A DNA stretch of 63,837 nucleotides, the filler included, from Diploschistes diacapsis (Eukaryota): assembly GCA_023645945.1 (NCBI GenBank). It is 7 parts of 7 records of this genome, joined end to end, with 100 filler letters (N's around TTAATTAATTAA, not from the genome) between each part and the next. Parts side by side here need not be neighbours in the genome. Positions count along the whole stretch, not along the records: positions 45,722 to 54,731 come from JALAIB010001083.1; positions 54,832 to 63,837 come from JALAIB010001084.1; 5 more parts are not named here. One strand, given 5' to 3'. Made by a program: the position numbers and the translations under genes. Under the pieces are notes generated by a model, which worked only from the letters and a program-made list of their open reading frames with translations, was not told the DNA's origin and ran no database searches. Shown here piece after piece: positions 45,722-59,129 of this stretch. How positions within the stretch are numbered: the first letter of the stretch is position 1; each line of letters begins with the position of its first letter.

Positions 45722-47193
45722 GACGAGAGGTCTCGTACTTTTTTACGTAGCACTTTGCGAGTGGACGGAATGCTCTTCGGCGGCTGCATGATCGATATTA
45801 TTGCCTTGCAAAACATGGCCACGCCCTTCCTCGATGCTGCACTCGCCTAGCTCTTGCAATAGTGTCGAAGTCGCTCTTGACTCAACTTTGCGATTGCTGT
45901 AGCACAGCATGCTTCATGGCTGTATGTCGAGCACAACTTGCAACCGTAACTTCGTGATTCTTTGCCCTTGCTTAGTAGCATATAACAGTGTAAGGTGATC
46001 AATGATCACACACTGACGATTTGCAATTCGCAAGAGGGTCAATAATAATGTGCTGCCCAACGCCTGCGGAACCTAAAGATGCATTCATCCAGAGTGTTGC
46101 CTCGTACCTTCCGAGATACAAATTATGTTATCCGCTAGGCTTGCGACACGGAATGAGCGAAATCAGTACTGCATCCAGTGTGCTTTGCTGCAGGCGAACC
46201 AAAAAAGACACGGTTGGATTCGGATGAAATGCAAAACGTTAGGCCATCACAGTAGCATCCTCTGGAAGAGCGAGTTATCCACCATGCAGCTTTCAGCTTT
46301 GGTTCGCGTCCACAGAGCGGTGTCTGCGGTGTTGCGGTGCTTGACACCATCACCAGCATCCGTGTGGCCGCTAGGAGAATCCCATATTTGATCCAACGGA
46401 AAATATCATGTGGCTAGAGCGAGGAGGAGACGTCTCGGAGGAATTTTGAAAGAGCAAATTATTTGTGTACCGATCCAGGGTTGAGCGCAGCCCAGGCTGC
46501 CGTATTCTTTACCCTTTCCCTTTTCCTCCCGGGGGAAGACGCACTCACAAGCACTAGTTGCTGCTGTTGGCTTACTACTTGTACGGGAGGTAACCTTAGG
46601 ACTATGGAAGTGGTAGATGCCCAACTTCGTCAGCTCCTAGGCGCAAAGCCGTACCATGAGAAATCTCGGAGGGCCCAAGTCAGCAATTCGGACGTTCTCA
46701 AGCAAGGGTACAAGGAATTATCGAGAGAATCGAATCTTCACTTAGGATACTCGCCTGGGTAATTAATTAACAAAGCTGAAACAGGTGAGCAGCTTACAGC
46801 ACGTGCACTGGTAACGGTAACGGTATTACAGCACCCCATACCTACTAGCTGGTACCCCGTATGGGTAAATTACCAGTACTCGAAGCATTAACGGCTAGTA
46901 GCAAATAGCAGGAGTGACGAAATCGTAGCAATTGGGGGCCGCATTGATGGGCTACGGTTCTCAAAACCCTTGGTGTTTATTACTCTAGAGGCTAGTACTA
47001 CTACGCTGTAATTCGAAAATTACTGATGACAGACAGTTTCACCGATGAATTGCGCCCTCTCGGTCCTTCAGCTTCCTTAACCTTTCTAGCATATTCTAAT
47101 CTAGCTGCACACCCTGCTGACCCGCTGATTGCCATGGGCTATTCCTGCGCCTTCCCCAGGCGCTGTCACAGCGACCACTCGTCCTTTGCCGCC

Positions 47194-47232
47194 GCCATGC
47201 TGCCATGCTGCCATGCTGTCATGCTGTCATGC
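47194..47232. repeat. 8-bp tandem repeat G(C/T)CATGCT, about 5 copies
   Basis: gccatgctgccatgctgccatgctgtcatgctgtcatgc. Confidence 0.85.
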
Positions 47233-48645
47233 AACGCAGGGTTTTATTATTCGCTGCTGCCGAAACCTTGAGCCAGAAACAGAGGACTGTGCCCTTGGCC
47301 TGCCGACCTCAGATCTTGTGCTGCATTACGTCGCCAGATTGGCCTGCAGAGCGCAGCACGAACAACAACAACAACGCCCGGCCTAGCCGTGCCTTCACAG
47401 TTATTAGACCGTTGTTAATTTACACATTCAGCCGACATTCGCGTACTATTCCGTTCGATGGCGGATTTCATACCCGGGCGGGGAAGGGCGTAATCGAGGA
47501 GAAAGGCTTACGAGGCAAACGAGATAATAACCGGTAAAATAGAGTAAGTGCGAAGCTGCTAGGAATGGACCTACAGGTGGATCCTTGTTCCGCCCCTGCA
47601 CTGACATAGGTATCTGGTATCTGGTACTTTGTACGTACAGAGTACTATTTACCATGCTGCTTAGTATGCTACTAGTATCCGCTGCTGTCAGTCTTACTGC
47701 AGTTCCATGATAAATTCTTTTTGAAGTAAAGGAGGCCTGGTAAAGTACAAAGTAGCACTACCTACTACCAAGTAAAAAAGTAATTACTGCTCCTCCATTA
47801 GGTAGGTAGGTAGTGTGGCAACCCTACCAGTCTGGGACATGCCAGTCTTCTTCTGTTTCCCCTTCCCTTCCCTTGCCTTCCCTTCCTATCGCAGTGGGTC
47901 AAAATGCTGGTAGCCTGGCAGTGTACGGAACGAGAGGTTGGAACTTCAAGTTCATGCACTTCACCACCACATCTAACCCCACCCCCTTACCAATTCCTTC
48001 GCCTTCCACACGCACAAGCCCCCGGTCTCTGTCTCTGCTCCATCATCGTCGTAACTTGTTCTTGTGCCGTGGGTCTAATCAACCTCCGTTACGCTCAAGC
48101 TTTCTTTTTGGGGCTGAAACTTTTCTCTTTTTGCCATCATGCCTATCCGCCTGTCTGACTCAGGGAGTTTTTCTGGCTGCTCGTTGGCGTCCGTCCGTCC
48201 GCGCCAGTCTGTCTATCTTGCCGACCTTGCCTTACCACCGACCAACCATGCAACCTTTTGTTCCTAGAATGAGCTACCCCAAGCTACTGCTGATCATGGT
48301 CTCAACTAAATCAGATAATCCAAGATTGGTCCCTGGGCCGCAGATGTACGTACCGCAGGATCTAGGCGTGTGAGTTCTTCATCTAGTAACCTGTCGTTGC
48401 TTGCGTATCATTCAATCATTGTTGCCTTTTCTGTACTTTTGATCATATCATTTCCTCAGGTCTGCTTTGCTTTCTCCAATCTGCTCTTTTCTATGCATTG
48501 AATTTGCCGAACCTCAGTATGCTCTGCTGGAGCAATACACTACCGTTCATTCCACCTTACTCTAATCTGTATCCTGTTTCATCTCCTTCTCGAAGCCTCC
48601 CTACTCTTCAAGATACATCTCAATTCTCCCTTCACTACCCGGACA

Positions 48646-49893
48646 ATGGCCGCTATCTCCAATCCCGAGACCATGCTTCTCAACAGCTCGGGTCAAACGG
48701 CAAGAGCACAATTGCAGAGGCACATATCGAACAGCTCCTCCATAAGGCGAAGGGCATCGAGGGTGACCAAACCTGCGAGTGCCGGCGATAGTCCTCAGCC
48801 ATTCCAACGGAGGCGAGCAACGACACAAAGCATTCCTAGATATCGAAAAAGCCTATATCAACAATGCCTGCAAGCAACTCCAGAAGCCATGCAAGGGATG
48901 CAGCAATCACAGACGTCGGGCGTTCAAACGGATAGACCCGTCAGTTGGCACCCATCCACTCTCGTCAACAACCAGCGGCGCCCGCAAGTCAACTATGGAT
49001 TTGCGCATCAAGCTTGGTATCCCGCATACGCCACGTATAACGTCAACGGCATTCCGACTCCCATGATTCAAGCAGAACCGGGCATGAACGCTGGTTTGCC
49101 GTCTTGGCACCAGATCGACAATGTTCAAGGCTTGTACTTACAATCAAGAGATTACGAAGTTGATGGCACGAACGGCTTGCGGCCTGATGGCATGCAAGAG
49201 GGTTACTTCGACAACTCATATTCAGAGTTCACTACCCGATTGGAGCAGGCCTCTGAGGGGTACCCCATTTTTTCTCCATTGCCATATCCGTCCTTAGCGT
49301 GGCCCAGCTCGCTGTCGACTGTTTCAGCCCAGACGGCACCTCCAACCCCCGATTTTCTTGCAATACAGAACCCATCACAGCTGGGGCAAGATACCATCTC
49401 TGGTTCCGCTCCTCTGCCAGAAAAGGAGAGCAAGGAGTTAATAGGCATGGGGCTGTACGATGGGCCTGAAAGAAACAGCTGGTCACTCGAGAGCATGCTT
49501 GAGGGACCCACCAGCCTGTTTCTTTCGAGCGGACCCGAGTCGATGGGCAAAGGGTTGAAGTTGGAAGAGACGTGGGAGCCACCGGAAGAGGAGGACGATT
49601 CTGATAGCGAAGAGCAAGAAGAAGAAGAAGAAGAGGAGGAGGAGGAGGAGGAGGAGGAGGAGGAGGAAGCCGAGAGTGAGCCGCTGCGAGGACGTGACAT
49701 TGAGGGGGACGAAGAGATATTCAGGCTTGCCGAGGGGGCGCTTGAGATGGGTAGTGCGAAACAGGTGCATCAGCAGTGGCCAGTGAATGTATCCAACCAA
49801 CCTTTGTTCTTTGAATCCAGGCAATCAGGTACCGATGGCTTCGGCACTTACAGCTTGTGGCAGGGACCAATTTCGGATTATTGCATTGGTTAG
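48646..49893 (+). CDS. Hypothetical protein with a poly-Glu tract
   Basis: 415-aa ORF with motif-like islands RPVSWHPS, TAPPTPDFL, KELIGMGLYD and GKGLKLEETWEPP, followed by a GAA/GAG run. Upstream exons are possible. Confidence 0.75.
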   Translation: MAAISNPETMLLNSSGQTARAQLQRHISNSSSIRRRASRVTKPASAGDSPQPFQRRRATTQSIPRYRKSLYQQCLQATPEAMQGMQQSQTSGVQTDRPVSWHPSTLVNNQRRPQVNYGFAHQAWYPAYATYNVNGIPTPMIQAEPGMNAGLPSWHQIDNVQGLYLQSRDYEVDGTNGLRPDGMQEGYFDNSYSEFTTRLEQASEGYPIFSPLPYPSLAWPSSLSTVSAQTAPPTPDFLAIQNPSQLGQDTISGSAPLPEKESKELIGMGLYDGPERNSWSLESMLEGPTSLFLSSGPESMGKGLKLEETWEPPEEEDDSDSEEQEEEEEEEEEEEEEEEEEAESEPLRGRDIEGDEEIFRLAEGALEMGSAKQVHQQWPVNVSNQPLFFESRQSGTDGFGTYSLWQGPISDYCIG

Positions 49894-50791
49894 TAGATGG
49901 CATGGGACAAATTTGGAGCATGCAGAGCGCAACCTTGGGAAGGATCTCAAACGGTTACGGTATGGATTTGTTCGAGACTCGGGCGTATATTAGCGATTAT
50001 GATACCCCCGGAGGCATATTTGATAGCTCAATAAAGAAGGCAGCCTTTTCCAAAAGAAAAGAAAATTGATATCCAGTTTGTCGAGGTTTATCGTACCTAC
50101 TACATCTTTTATTTATTTGTGTTTTTAAATCTCGAAACTCAGCTGAAGTGTCAACTGCAGCTCCACGTGTCTTTACGTTTGGGTTTCCCGGCAAGGGCAT
50201 TGAAATGGCATTCTCTCACTGGTATCCTCATTGTGGCTTTCAAATCTAAACACACCTGTTAGACCAAGATGACAGAAAAGGTTGCGGTGGCCTGCACTCT
50301 ATCGGGCCGCCCCATCCCTTTATCCGATACCAACCTGTGCGGGCGATTCTTCCAAAGGTAGCACCGCCATCCCAACCATGTGGGTGTTGCGGTAATAACC
50401 GCTTCTTAGCCTCGTGAGCTAGCGAAATACTACTATCAAGGTGATTTTTGATATTAGCTTCAACGATAAGTGCATTGTTTCGTATCGTAAAAGGAGCATC
50501 CTCGCCTCGTAGTGTCCGAAGCACGCAGTACAAGTCAGTTGCACTCACGGATTTTCAGTGCACAAGCAATAACTCAAGAATGACTGTGAGTGAGTGCGTA
50601 GACATATAGACATACGTCCATGTCCCCCCCCCCCCTCCCTTGGACGCGCTAATGCACGTCAAGTTAAGCTTAAATCTATTTTCATCGCCTGTCTCGCTTA
50701 GCCCGTGAAATGCCATTAAGGACTCTACGGCTCCAGCAACATCTCAAATTCCAAACGAGCGCCAACGCCCTCCTTCTCCTCTCTTGAGCAA

Positions 50792-52154
50792 ATGGCCCCC
50801 ATAATCCGTCCGTGGCGCAACGAAAGGGAGCTTATCCAGGTCGGAAAATGGTTCTACCGGAAAGCCGCTGCCCCAGTCGAAGGTAAAGACCCGAGGGTTC
50901 ATGCCTGCGAAGTGGTGAGTACTGCCACCACGGGGGGGCCGTAGGAGAGAGAAGATGCCAATGAGCGAAAGTAGGTGCAAGTTTGGCTCTCCCGTACCGA
51001 CGTCCCCCACACGGTTTTCTCTACTTCTGGCCTCGCTCAGGCTGTGTTGCACGACGAGCAGAACACCGCCGTCCTCCGTTCCAGCAACGTGTCCAATCCC
51101 GCTACGAGCCCAACGATCGTGGCCAATTCCATCTCCAGCACCTATACTATGGCCATCATTCACTTCGTGACAGGCTTAACGGACACGCAGCAGACTAAGC
51201 GGGACAAGGTCTCCATGTATAAGGCGGCGGAGAGCATCGGATTGAGCCATCGATTTGTTGACCTGAGGAATGAAGCCGTTCACGAGGGGAAAGTGGGCCT
51301 CGTGCAATTGCGTGAGGCGGCTGCGGAGGCGCTGGAGTGGCTGTGGGAGGGTTATTGGGAGGAGATTGTTGGGAGGGAGGTGGAAGTGGTAGAAAAGGAT
51401 CAGGCAGGTTGGAGGGAGATGCTTGAGATGGAGGATCTGGTGACGGAACTGGATCGGTTGGTAGCGAGATGCATTCGCTTTTCGGAGGAGAGCGCGACCT
51501 CCAAGAACGTGGAGGGTGCTGACGGTGTTGGCAGGCGGATTACGGAGTGCGCCGGTGAGGTTCAGAGGCTTTGCAAAGACCAAAGTCCCAAATTGCTACT
51601 TTTTGCCGATCTACTAACCTCTCAAAGGGACTTTCAACAGGCTCAGAGGTTGGTGCCAATTTTTGCTACCAGCGAGAGCTAAAACTAACAAGTGATCCAG
51701 AACGAGTTTGACCAGTAGTCACTATCTTTCATACTGGGACAAGCTGCTACTTGAGATTGCAGCTGTTCAATATAATTTCTTGTTCGCGTACACGGACTCC
51801 ATCGTGCGGCAGATGAGCATTCTTCCTTCCACCAGCAATGACGAAAGCAGTACGGAGGAGCTCTCCAGATGGCTATTATGGGCTTGGGTCGAAGAGCATT
51901 GGACGATAGTACGGAAACGCAGCAGCGTGCGTGCGGTGGACTTGCTGGCCTCTTGCCTTGCTAGTCAAAGTTGGTCGACGCTACAAGCAGCGGAAAGGAT
52001 CTTGAACGCGTGTAGGGACGACGAACTGAAGACGCGCTTCTGGAGACGAAAGATCGAGGAAGCGTCGGCCCTCCTTTCAAAGGCAGGCACAAAGAATATA
52101 TCAGGACAAGAAACCGAGGGTGCCTTGAAGATTACGGACGAGCTGGCGGAGTAA
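50792..52154 (+). CDS. LAS1: Las1 pre-rRNA ITS2 endonuclease (HEPN) (introns 50915..50974 and 51649..51700)
   Basis: PWRNERELIQVGKWFY; VQVWLSRTDVPHTVFSTSGL; YTMAIIHFVTGLTD; SMYKAAESIGL...FVDLRNEAVHE; ALEWLWEGYW. The spliced length is 1251 nt. Confidence 0.88.
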
Positions 52155-52410
52155 CTCCACAATTGCAAAATAGTTCAAACGGGGTTGCGTCATAGCTACA
52201 ACTTCACCTGACAGCTTACTTTAACTTCATGTATGTATTTGTATGTTCTCTGTACGGTGAAATAGATACCCAATGCTCACAAGGTCCCTTATACGACCTC
52301 TGCTCGCAACTACACTCTCGGTTCCCCGAGTTTCAGTAGGCCTCGAATCTTTCGCAGGCGATATGGCGCGCATTCTGCTAACCTAACACTAGCGACCAAT
52401 CGCCCGCGCC

Positions 52411-53856
52411 ATGCATATCAAATCGATCCCCATGTGTACACGGCTTCTTTCACCGCCCTATAGAAGATAAAACTGAGTTATCCAGGGGTTGGGTCATCTG
52501 ACAACTATGCCTATCTCGTAGTCGACGACAAGTCGAAGGACGCCGTCATCGTTGATCCCGCGAACCCGGAGGAGTAAGCTGTACCAAAGGGAGACTGGAA
52601 TAGTGTGTGAACGCTAATCGAATATACAAAGAGTCGCGCCCGTGCTCAAGGATCAGATCGATTCAGGCAAGATCAATTTGACTGCGATTGTGAATACACA
52701 TCAGTAGGTCCTTGCCGTTGTCCGGATGAGGGCTTGATAGTCGTTTCCGCGTTATTGAGGGGAGAATCTGCTAACCAGCGCTCTGGGATAGCCACTCGGA
52801 TCATGCAGGCGGCAATTCTAAGATCGTCTGTTTTCTCTCCCTTGCCGTTATTTCCCGCTCTCCTTTCACTCAACCCCTTTTCCCAGCCTCTCTTCCAACT
52901 ACCTACTGCAACCACTCGTCTTTTTTCGTAGCCAACATCAGCTCATATTTCAATTCTCTAGCTGTCCGAATTCCCGACTCCTAGGCTTCAGGTGATAGGC
53001 GGCAAAGACTGCGAAGCCGTGACGAAAACGCCAGGGCATAAGGAATCCTTCAAGATCGGCCAGGGCATTACAGTCACGGCGTTACATACGCCCTGCCATA
53101 CACAGGACAGTATCTGCTGGTACATGGAGGATGGTGACGACCGCGTGGTCTTCACGGGGGATACGCTGTTTATTGGTGGTAAGTTTTTGGGGCCCGAGGC
53201 CGAAGGCCCAGGCGAAAGGAAAAGATGGCAGCCAAGTAGCTGGTAGAGATGACGAGGAAAGAAGGAACGGGAATGAAAATGGGAAATGGAAACGGGAGAA
53301 TGAGTGTCGATGGCTCTGGCTTACAAAGTACAAACAGGTTGCGGCCGCTTCTTCGAGGGCACGCCCGAAGAGATGCACAAGGCACTCAACTCCGTGCTTG
53401 CCTCCCTGCCCGACGATACTAAGGTCTACGTAAGCCGCCCACCTCTTTGGCCCCCACCCTGTCTTGTAGGCAAGTGACTGATACTTGCTGAAGCCTGGCC
53501 ACGAATACACAAAAGCCAATTGCAAATTCCTGACCACGGTTCTGCAAAACGAGGCCGTCAAAAAACTGCAATCCTACGCGGAGAACAACCGCGAGACGCA
53601 GGGCAGGTTCACGATTGGGGATGAGAAGGGATACAACGTTTTTATGAAGGTGGAGGTGAGTCTTCCAACTGTCTAGGTTTGAAAAGGGGTCCGGCGGGCT
53701 CGTGGAGCACCGTGGTAGTTGAGGCTATTCATGTTTGAAGATTCAGCGATTGCTAACAAACGAGCCGAATAGGACCCGACGGTGCAGAAAGCGACGGGCA
53801 AGACGGACCCCGTGGACGTTATGGGTCGACTGAGGGAGATGAAGAATAACATGTAA
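52411..53856 (+). CDS. GLO2: Hydroxyacylglutathione hydrolase (glyoxalase II), multi-intron
   Basis: Exons give [19 protein letters not shown]...[57 protein letters not shown] and [12 protein letters not shown]. Stop TAA at 53854..53856. A probable extra upstream exon starts at 52273. Confidence 0.93.
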
Positions 53857-54731
53857 GATGCTATTCGTCTAGTTCTTGTGCTTCCTATGCGCACGGTCAT
53901 TACGGGCCGAGAACTGATGCTGTCTGCGGCAGTTAGACCGTCGAAGCTATGAGCCGCTTTCTAGCACCAGGTCAGTCACTGTATCGGATGATGAACGCTA
54001 CAGTAGAGCTGTATATAAAAACCGTGCATCTATCCCAACAGTTACCATACCCAGCCCGTAGCATTTCGTTTGAAGAACAGGACTGAAGAGAAGCAAGTAA
54101 ATGAACCGGACTCTCTTCCACCAGAACCGAAACCAAACCAACAAACCCTTTCAAAAACCTCCCACCATCTTTCCAAATTCCAGCTCCACCACTCTCTACA
54201 TCATCCTCGCCTCACCTCACTCACCTCACTCACAGACCAAACTCCCACTTATTCTCCCTACACCTAATTCACTCTCAGCCTATATCTCGCCTTCTGCCTC
54301 CTGTTTCCAGTTTTTTTTTGGGGGGGGGGTTTCCTGCCTCCTGCCTCACTCTTACTCTCCCCGCCCCTGCTTGTCCATTAACAGCTTACAGCACATATCA
54401 TCATCCATCCATCCACCAGCCCGCCGTCTCCCCTCGCTAGCCCCCAGTTTTTTTTTAAACTCTCTCTCTTTTCCCTCGCTCGTTTTCTTCGTCCCTCTTC
54501 TCTGTTCCCCAACCAAAACTCAATTCGATCGGGGGTGACCTTCGCCCAAGCCCTTTTTTCTCTCCCCCCCTGGGCCCGACGCGCTTGCCGAGGGCCCACT
54601 GGGTGTGTGGTTTAGTTGTTGTAGACGGTCGGTACATGGCGTATCGTAGCGTTAGCTGGGGGGTGAAGGTGGGGAGATGGAAGAGGTGGAGGAGGATGGG
54701 GTTTGGGGAGAATGGGGGATAGGAAAGGAGG

Positions 54732-54831
54732 NNNNNNNNNNNNNNNNNNNNNNNNNNNNNNNNNNNNNNNNNNNNTTAATTAATTAANNNNNNNNNNNNN
54801 NNNNNNNNNNNNNNNNNNNNNNNNNNNNNNN
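54732..54831. other. Artificial contig spacer
   Basis: N44-TTAATTAATTAA-N44. Confidence 0.97.
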
Positions 54832-55294
54832 GGGTAGATGATATACTCAAAGCCCTATCTAAATTAGAAGCGAGAAACCTTGTGCCACGGTCAGGGGAGC
54901 CCTGTGGAGGTCTGAGCACATGCCAAGCTCCCCAGTACCGCCCATCGCCCTCGAGGATCGTGCATCCCCCCAGAGCCGATTGACTTTTAAGCATGAACAG
55001 GGGGGACGTGAAACTATGGGAATGCGCGGTAGTATGAAAGTTATTATCTAGATGGTTTCTCTCCCAAGCCTCCATTATCCAGCATCCCATCTGTGACCGA
55101 ACCCAAGCAATCCTGCGCCATACACGTGCATGCCATGATAACCCCAATACCTTACTGTACAATATGTATGCTCTGCCCCGGCGGTTTCGTATGTATTAAG
55201 AGTTTGCGCCTACGAAGAAGGCCCTTTCCCTCCGGAATCTATGTTCGTAACGGGTCGTGATCAGATGCAATGCTCATCCGGTTGTTGAAGACGC

Positions 55295-56767
55295 TTAGCA
55301 GCCCTTGTAGCCCTTCTGTTGCCATATTTTGACACTGTCGACGACCATCTGCCCACCGTTGGCCCAGGTCGGGTACCACTGGTTTTTGGACTGCCAGAAG
55401 TCCTTGCGGGCGGTTGGCGAGGCATCGACCCAGGGTTTGCTGTCCTGACCGTCGGGGAACCATCCGTTGGTGGCACCAACGGCAACGTTCAAGATGAGAT
55501 AGAACTCCTGGTCGAAAGGTGTTGCGGGATTCCCGGTCTGACTCCAGGGATCGACCAGGGTGGTGCCGTTCGAGTCGGAGAGGGGGAATTGACCACGAGA
55601 ATATAGTGCGCCGTCGAAGTTGAAGTAGAGCACCTGCAGCAGACGCGTGTCGATGTAAGTGAATATGTACTTCTCGCTCCACTCGACGCCGTAAACGTGC
55701 TGGGCGGCAGAGTAGGTGGTGTGCAGCGCCTGGCGCTTGTTGTTTGTGCGCCACCAGGCATCGTTGGCGGGATCGGGGCCCCAGTGCAGGGCGCTCGAAA
55801 CGATGTTGTTTCCGCCTGCATCGTAGGTGTAATTGTTACCCCTCGTCTCAGCAATATCGATCTCGCCCGACGCGGGCCACGGGCCGTAGGTCTCGTTGAC
55901 GGGCAGCATCCAGATGGCAGGCCACATCCAATCCCCGGCCGGCATCTGGGCCTTCACTTCGACTCTCCCATATTTGATCGTCGCGCCCTTCTTTGTGTTG
56001 ATGCGGCCCGATTTGACTGGGTTCACAATAGTACCATTGGTCACGTTGGTTCCGGCAACGCAGTTGGAAACCACATTCGAAGTACAGAGGCCGGACTGAG
56101 TCAAGTTGATGACATTGTTTGTTTCAATCAGATGGGGGTCCTGCAGCGTTGGCTTGATCCAGAGCTGGCCGTTTTGAACGAAGACGTTCTCTTCGGTGCT
56201 TGTAGATTCTTCAAATTGCCCATTGCTGAGAGCATGTCAGTCGATCGCTGCAAGACATAATGGCCGTTGCTCTTACCCGAATCCTCCAACTTCGGACTCT
56301 TTGGTCCATACCGCGGTGTCGAAGCCCTTGGACCAATCCTCGTCGAGAACCTGGCAGTATTGGTGGTTCACGACACTACTGAGACCGTCCCACACCAGGA
56401 ATCCAGCGATAGCAAGTCCAAGCACTATGCCACACAGCGGGATGATCCACGTGAACTTCTCACGAGGATCCTTCTTGTTCAGCCACGGCCGTTCAACCTG
56501 GCCCTTCTTCACCCTTCTCGAATGAAAGTAGCGCTGTGAGAGAACCTGCTGGTTGATGTCGATGGCGGAGGCGGAAGCGGAGCCTCGGAAAGAACTGGGC
56601 CTGGTCGACCATGGCGACAAGAAGGGGTTTTTGGGCTGCAAGGGAACAGAGCGCTGTGACGGGGCTCCTGAGATCTGGTCCGCATCAGGCGAAGGTGTAG
56701 AAGTTCGCGGCGTCGAGTTTCGGGGGGTGTCGGAAGCGGTATTAGAATAATTGTTGGAGTAGTCCAT
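55295..56767 (-). CDS. Membrane-anchored glycoside hydrolase family 16 (beta-1,3-glucanase/glucan-binding type; intron 56226..56276)
   Basis: Catalytic WPASGEIDIAETRGN, GDWMWPAIWMLP and PFDQEFYLILNVAVG; N-terminal TM WIIPLCGIVLGLAIAGFLVW; the splice gives EVGGFGNGQFE. Confidence 0.93.
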
Positions 56768-57760
56768 GGCTTTTGCAGTTCAAAACGCAGATATTCAGAA
56801 GACAAACAACAAAACGAGGGACGAGATAGGGAAAGGTAAGGAATGGGAGGATAATGATGCAAAGCAGGAGAAGAAAGGGGTGTAGAAAGCAGAGGCGAGG
56901 CTAATAGTATTTCAAGGTGGTAGAGACGGGGCTGAAGGGTGCCAGTGAGGAGGTTACAACGGCACAAAGGTGGGAATGCCGTACTAGTAGTCAGACTTGG
57001 CAGCACGAAAGAGGGAGAGCCTTAGCTTGCTTTTATGTACGGAGAGATAAGTAAGTACTGGTTGGTAGAAATGGAAGGCTATTCTTTTTTGGTCATGTCA
57101 TGTCATGTCGATGACTACCAAGTATGATTATCGGGTGCGGTGGTCTTTGAACGCCGAAACCTGGCAGTGATACCCCTATCCCTATCCTAGTTTCCTCATG
57201 GGCAGAAGGTTTGAGCGAGAGACTTTTTCTTTTCTGGAACGTGAGCACGCCGAGTGGCTGCAGTGCAGCTGGATGGTGTAGGTTTCTCGTTTGCTTAGTG
57301 TATTTCTGAAAAGGGAAGAGGAGGTCCCAGTGGCTTTGGCTGTGATTCCACATTGGGAACGCAGGCGGATCAAAGGTGCGCGTTGATTGCAGCGATCTGG
57401 ACAAGTCTGATTGGATTAGGCAAGCAGACATTCCGAGCTGGTGTGCAGGCAGATATGGGTTCATAGGGTTTCGGGCCTGGACGGAAAAGAGTGCGGGCAG
57501 GCGGGCAGGCAGGCAGGCCATGCATATGCACGTTGTGAAGGGAAAATGAAGTGGCAGAATTCCGTGCATGAGCGATTATGATGATGTTGTTGTTTTTACC
57601 TCGGTGAGTACTGGTATCTACATAGAGGGAGTATAGTAAGTATAGTGAGTACAGTGAGTACAAGTACAGAGTAGAAATAGAAAGTCATAAAGAGACGAAT
57701 AAGACGTATAAGAAAAGACGGCACGGAATACGATGGCATTATTACTATTCATTCACCCCA

Positions 57761-57821
57761 CTTCGCTTGCTTGCTTACTTCCTTCGCTTAATTCCTTCGC
57801 TTACTTCCTTCGCTTACTTCC
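57761..57821. repeat. 13-bp tandem repeat (CTTCGCTTACTTC-like), about 4 copies
   Basis: cttcgcttaattc cttcgcttacttc cttcgcttacttc, plus a degenerate upstream copy. Confidence 0.75.
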
Positions 57822-59129
57822 AAATAATCCCACCGTCCTCTTTCTTTTTCGTTTTCATTTTTCATCCGCCACTGACTGACAAAAACTGCTTGCTGATTTG
57901 TTCAACAGCTGCTTCCGAACACCCACCTCATCCTGCCTTTGATAATCGAACTGCCGAAAGTTAATCTGGAAATCATTCCTGCCCTGTCAGTCTGTTTGTC
58001 GGTCTGCTTCGATCATGGATCATGGTAGGGATCCGGGCCTGCATGTTTATTGGTTTATTATTGCACAATAAGACCCAAATCTTTCGCTTACTTACGCCAC
58101 AGATAGATCGCTTCAACGCCTCACCCACCGAACCACCTGAACCACTAGGACTCTCGCCCCGAATAATCACAGACGTGGCATTGCATACATCGAGCCCAGC
58201 AGTCCCCCAAGAGCCCCGCCGTCAGCGCCTCTTCGAGCCTCCGCCCGCATGCAGATACGAGAGTGAATCTAGCTGTCCACAGACTATTAGACCATGCACA
58301 GAGTATCTTCAAAATTTCTGTGCCGTTGTGAGATAGGGGCCTTGATGGCGAGTAGCACGACCTTATCATCCATCATGCGTGCCATATGCTATATCCTCGG
58401 TGCTCTCGGTAGCCTTGATACCTTCCCATGGTGGTGGATCTGTATTGCAGATTCCGTTATCGTGGTTCTGTTTGTCAAGACCGTTACTTTTCCTGATGCT
58501 GTGGAAACCTCGTGGACATTCCTTGTGCATTTTGGAGCCACTCCGGCTGAACTACCCGGTCGGTATGTACTGTAGCTACGGAGGTACGCTTACAAAGGTT
58601 ACCCGGATACGCCCGCCTTTGCGAAATCATAAATGTTCACTGTTAGTTGCTTTTGCTGTTGAGCCGCAACGGTATTGCACCTATATCTTGGTAGTTCTCC
58701 GGATTACTTAATTGAGATGCGGGTAAGCGTCTATCGTGCTTTGAGATTTATTTCCAATGGGTACGGTAGGTTAACGTCCTTTATGTGGCCACAGCGGGTC
58801 AAGTTCTCAGTCTCGGAGGAGAGAGGGCCATCATGCACCTTTCACTATGTCGGATGCATACTTGGATGGTGAGACTTTTGATTGAATAACGATGAGTAGA
58901 TCTACTTCGTTCAGACCACTCTGAACACGCTCTCCAAGCCCCAAAGGCATGTCATTACCAGGCCATTACCGCTTTTTGAATCGGGACTCCCCGAAGCTTC
59001 TCGATGATCCAACTAATACTAGAAGACTTCAAGCCATCGATCCTCGAGTAATGGATCATACATTAAGATAGCGCCCGACCTTGCTGGTAGGGCTTGGATG
59101 CCATCGCTACAGGGACGCCGCACTGGAGC

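Noticed and set aside
45722..45789. Possible 5' end of a minus-strand gene (MQPPKSIPSTRKVLRKKVRDLS)
   Set aside because: Only 22 codons precede the contig edge, which is too little to support a call.
50672..50690. PAC/RRPE-like motif (GCGATGAAAA on the minus strand) upstream of LAS1
   Set aside because: It is a single imperfect short match and could arise by chance.
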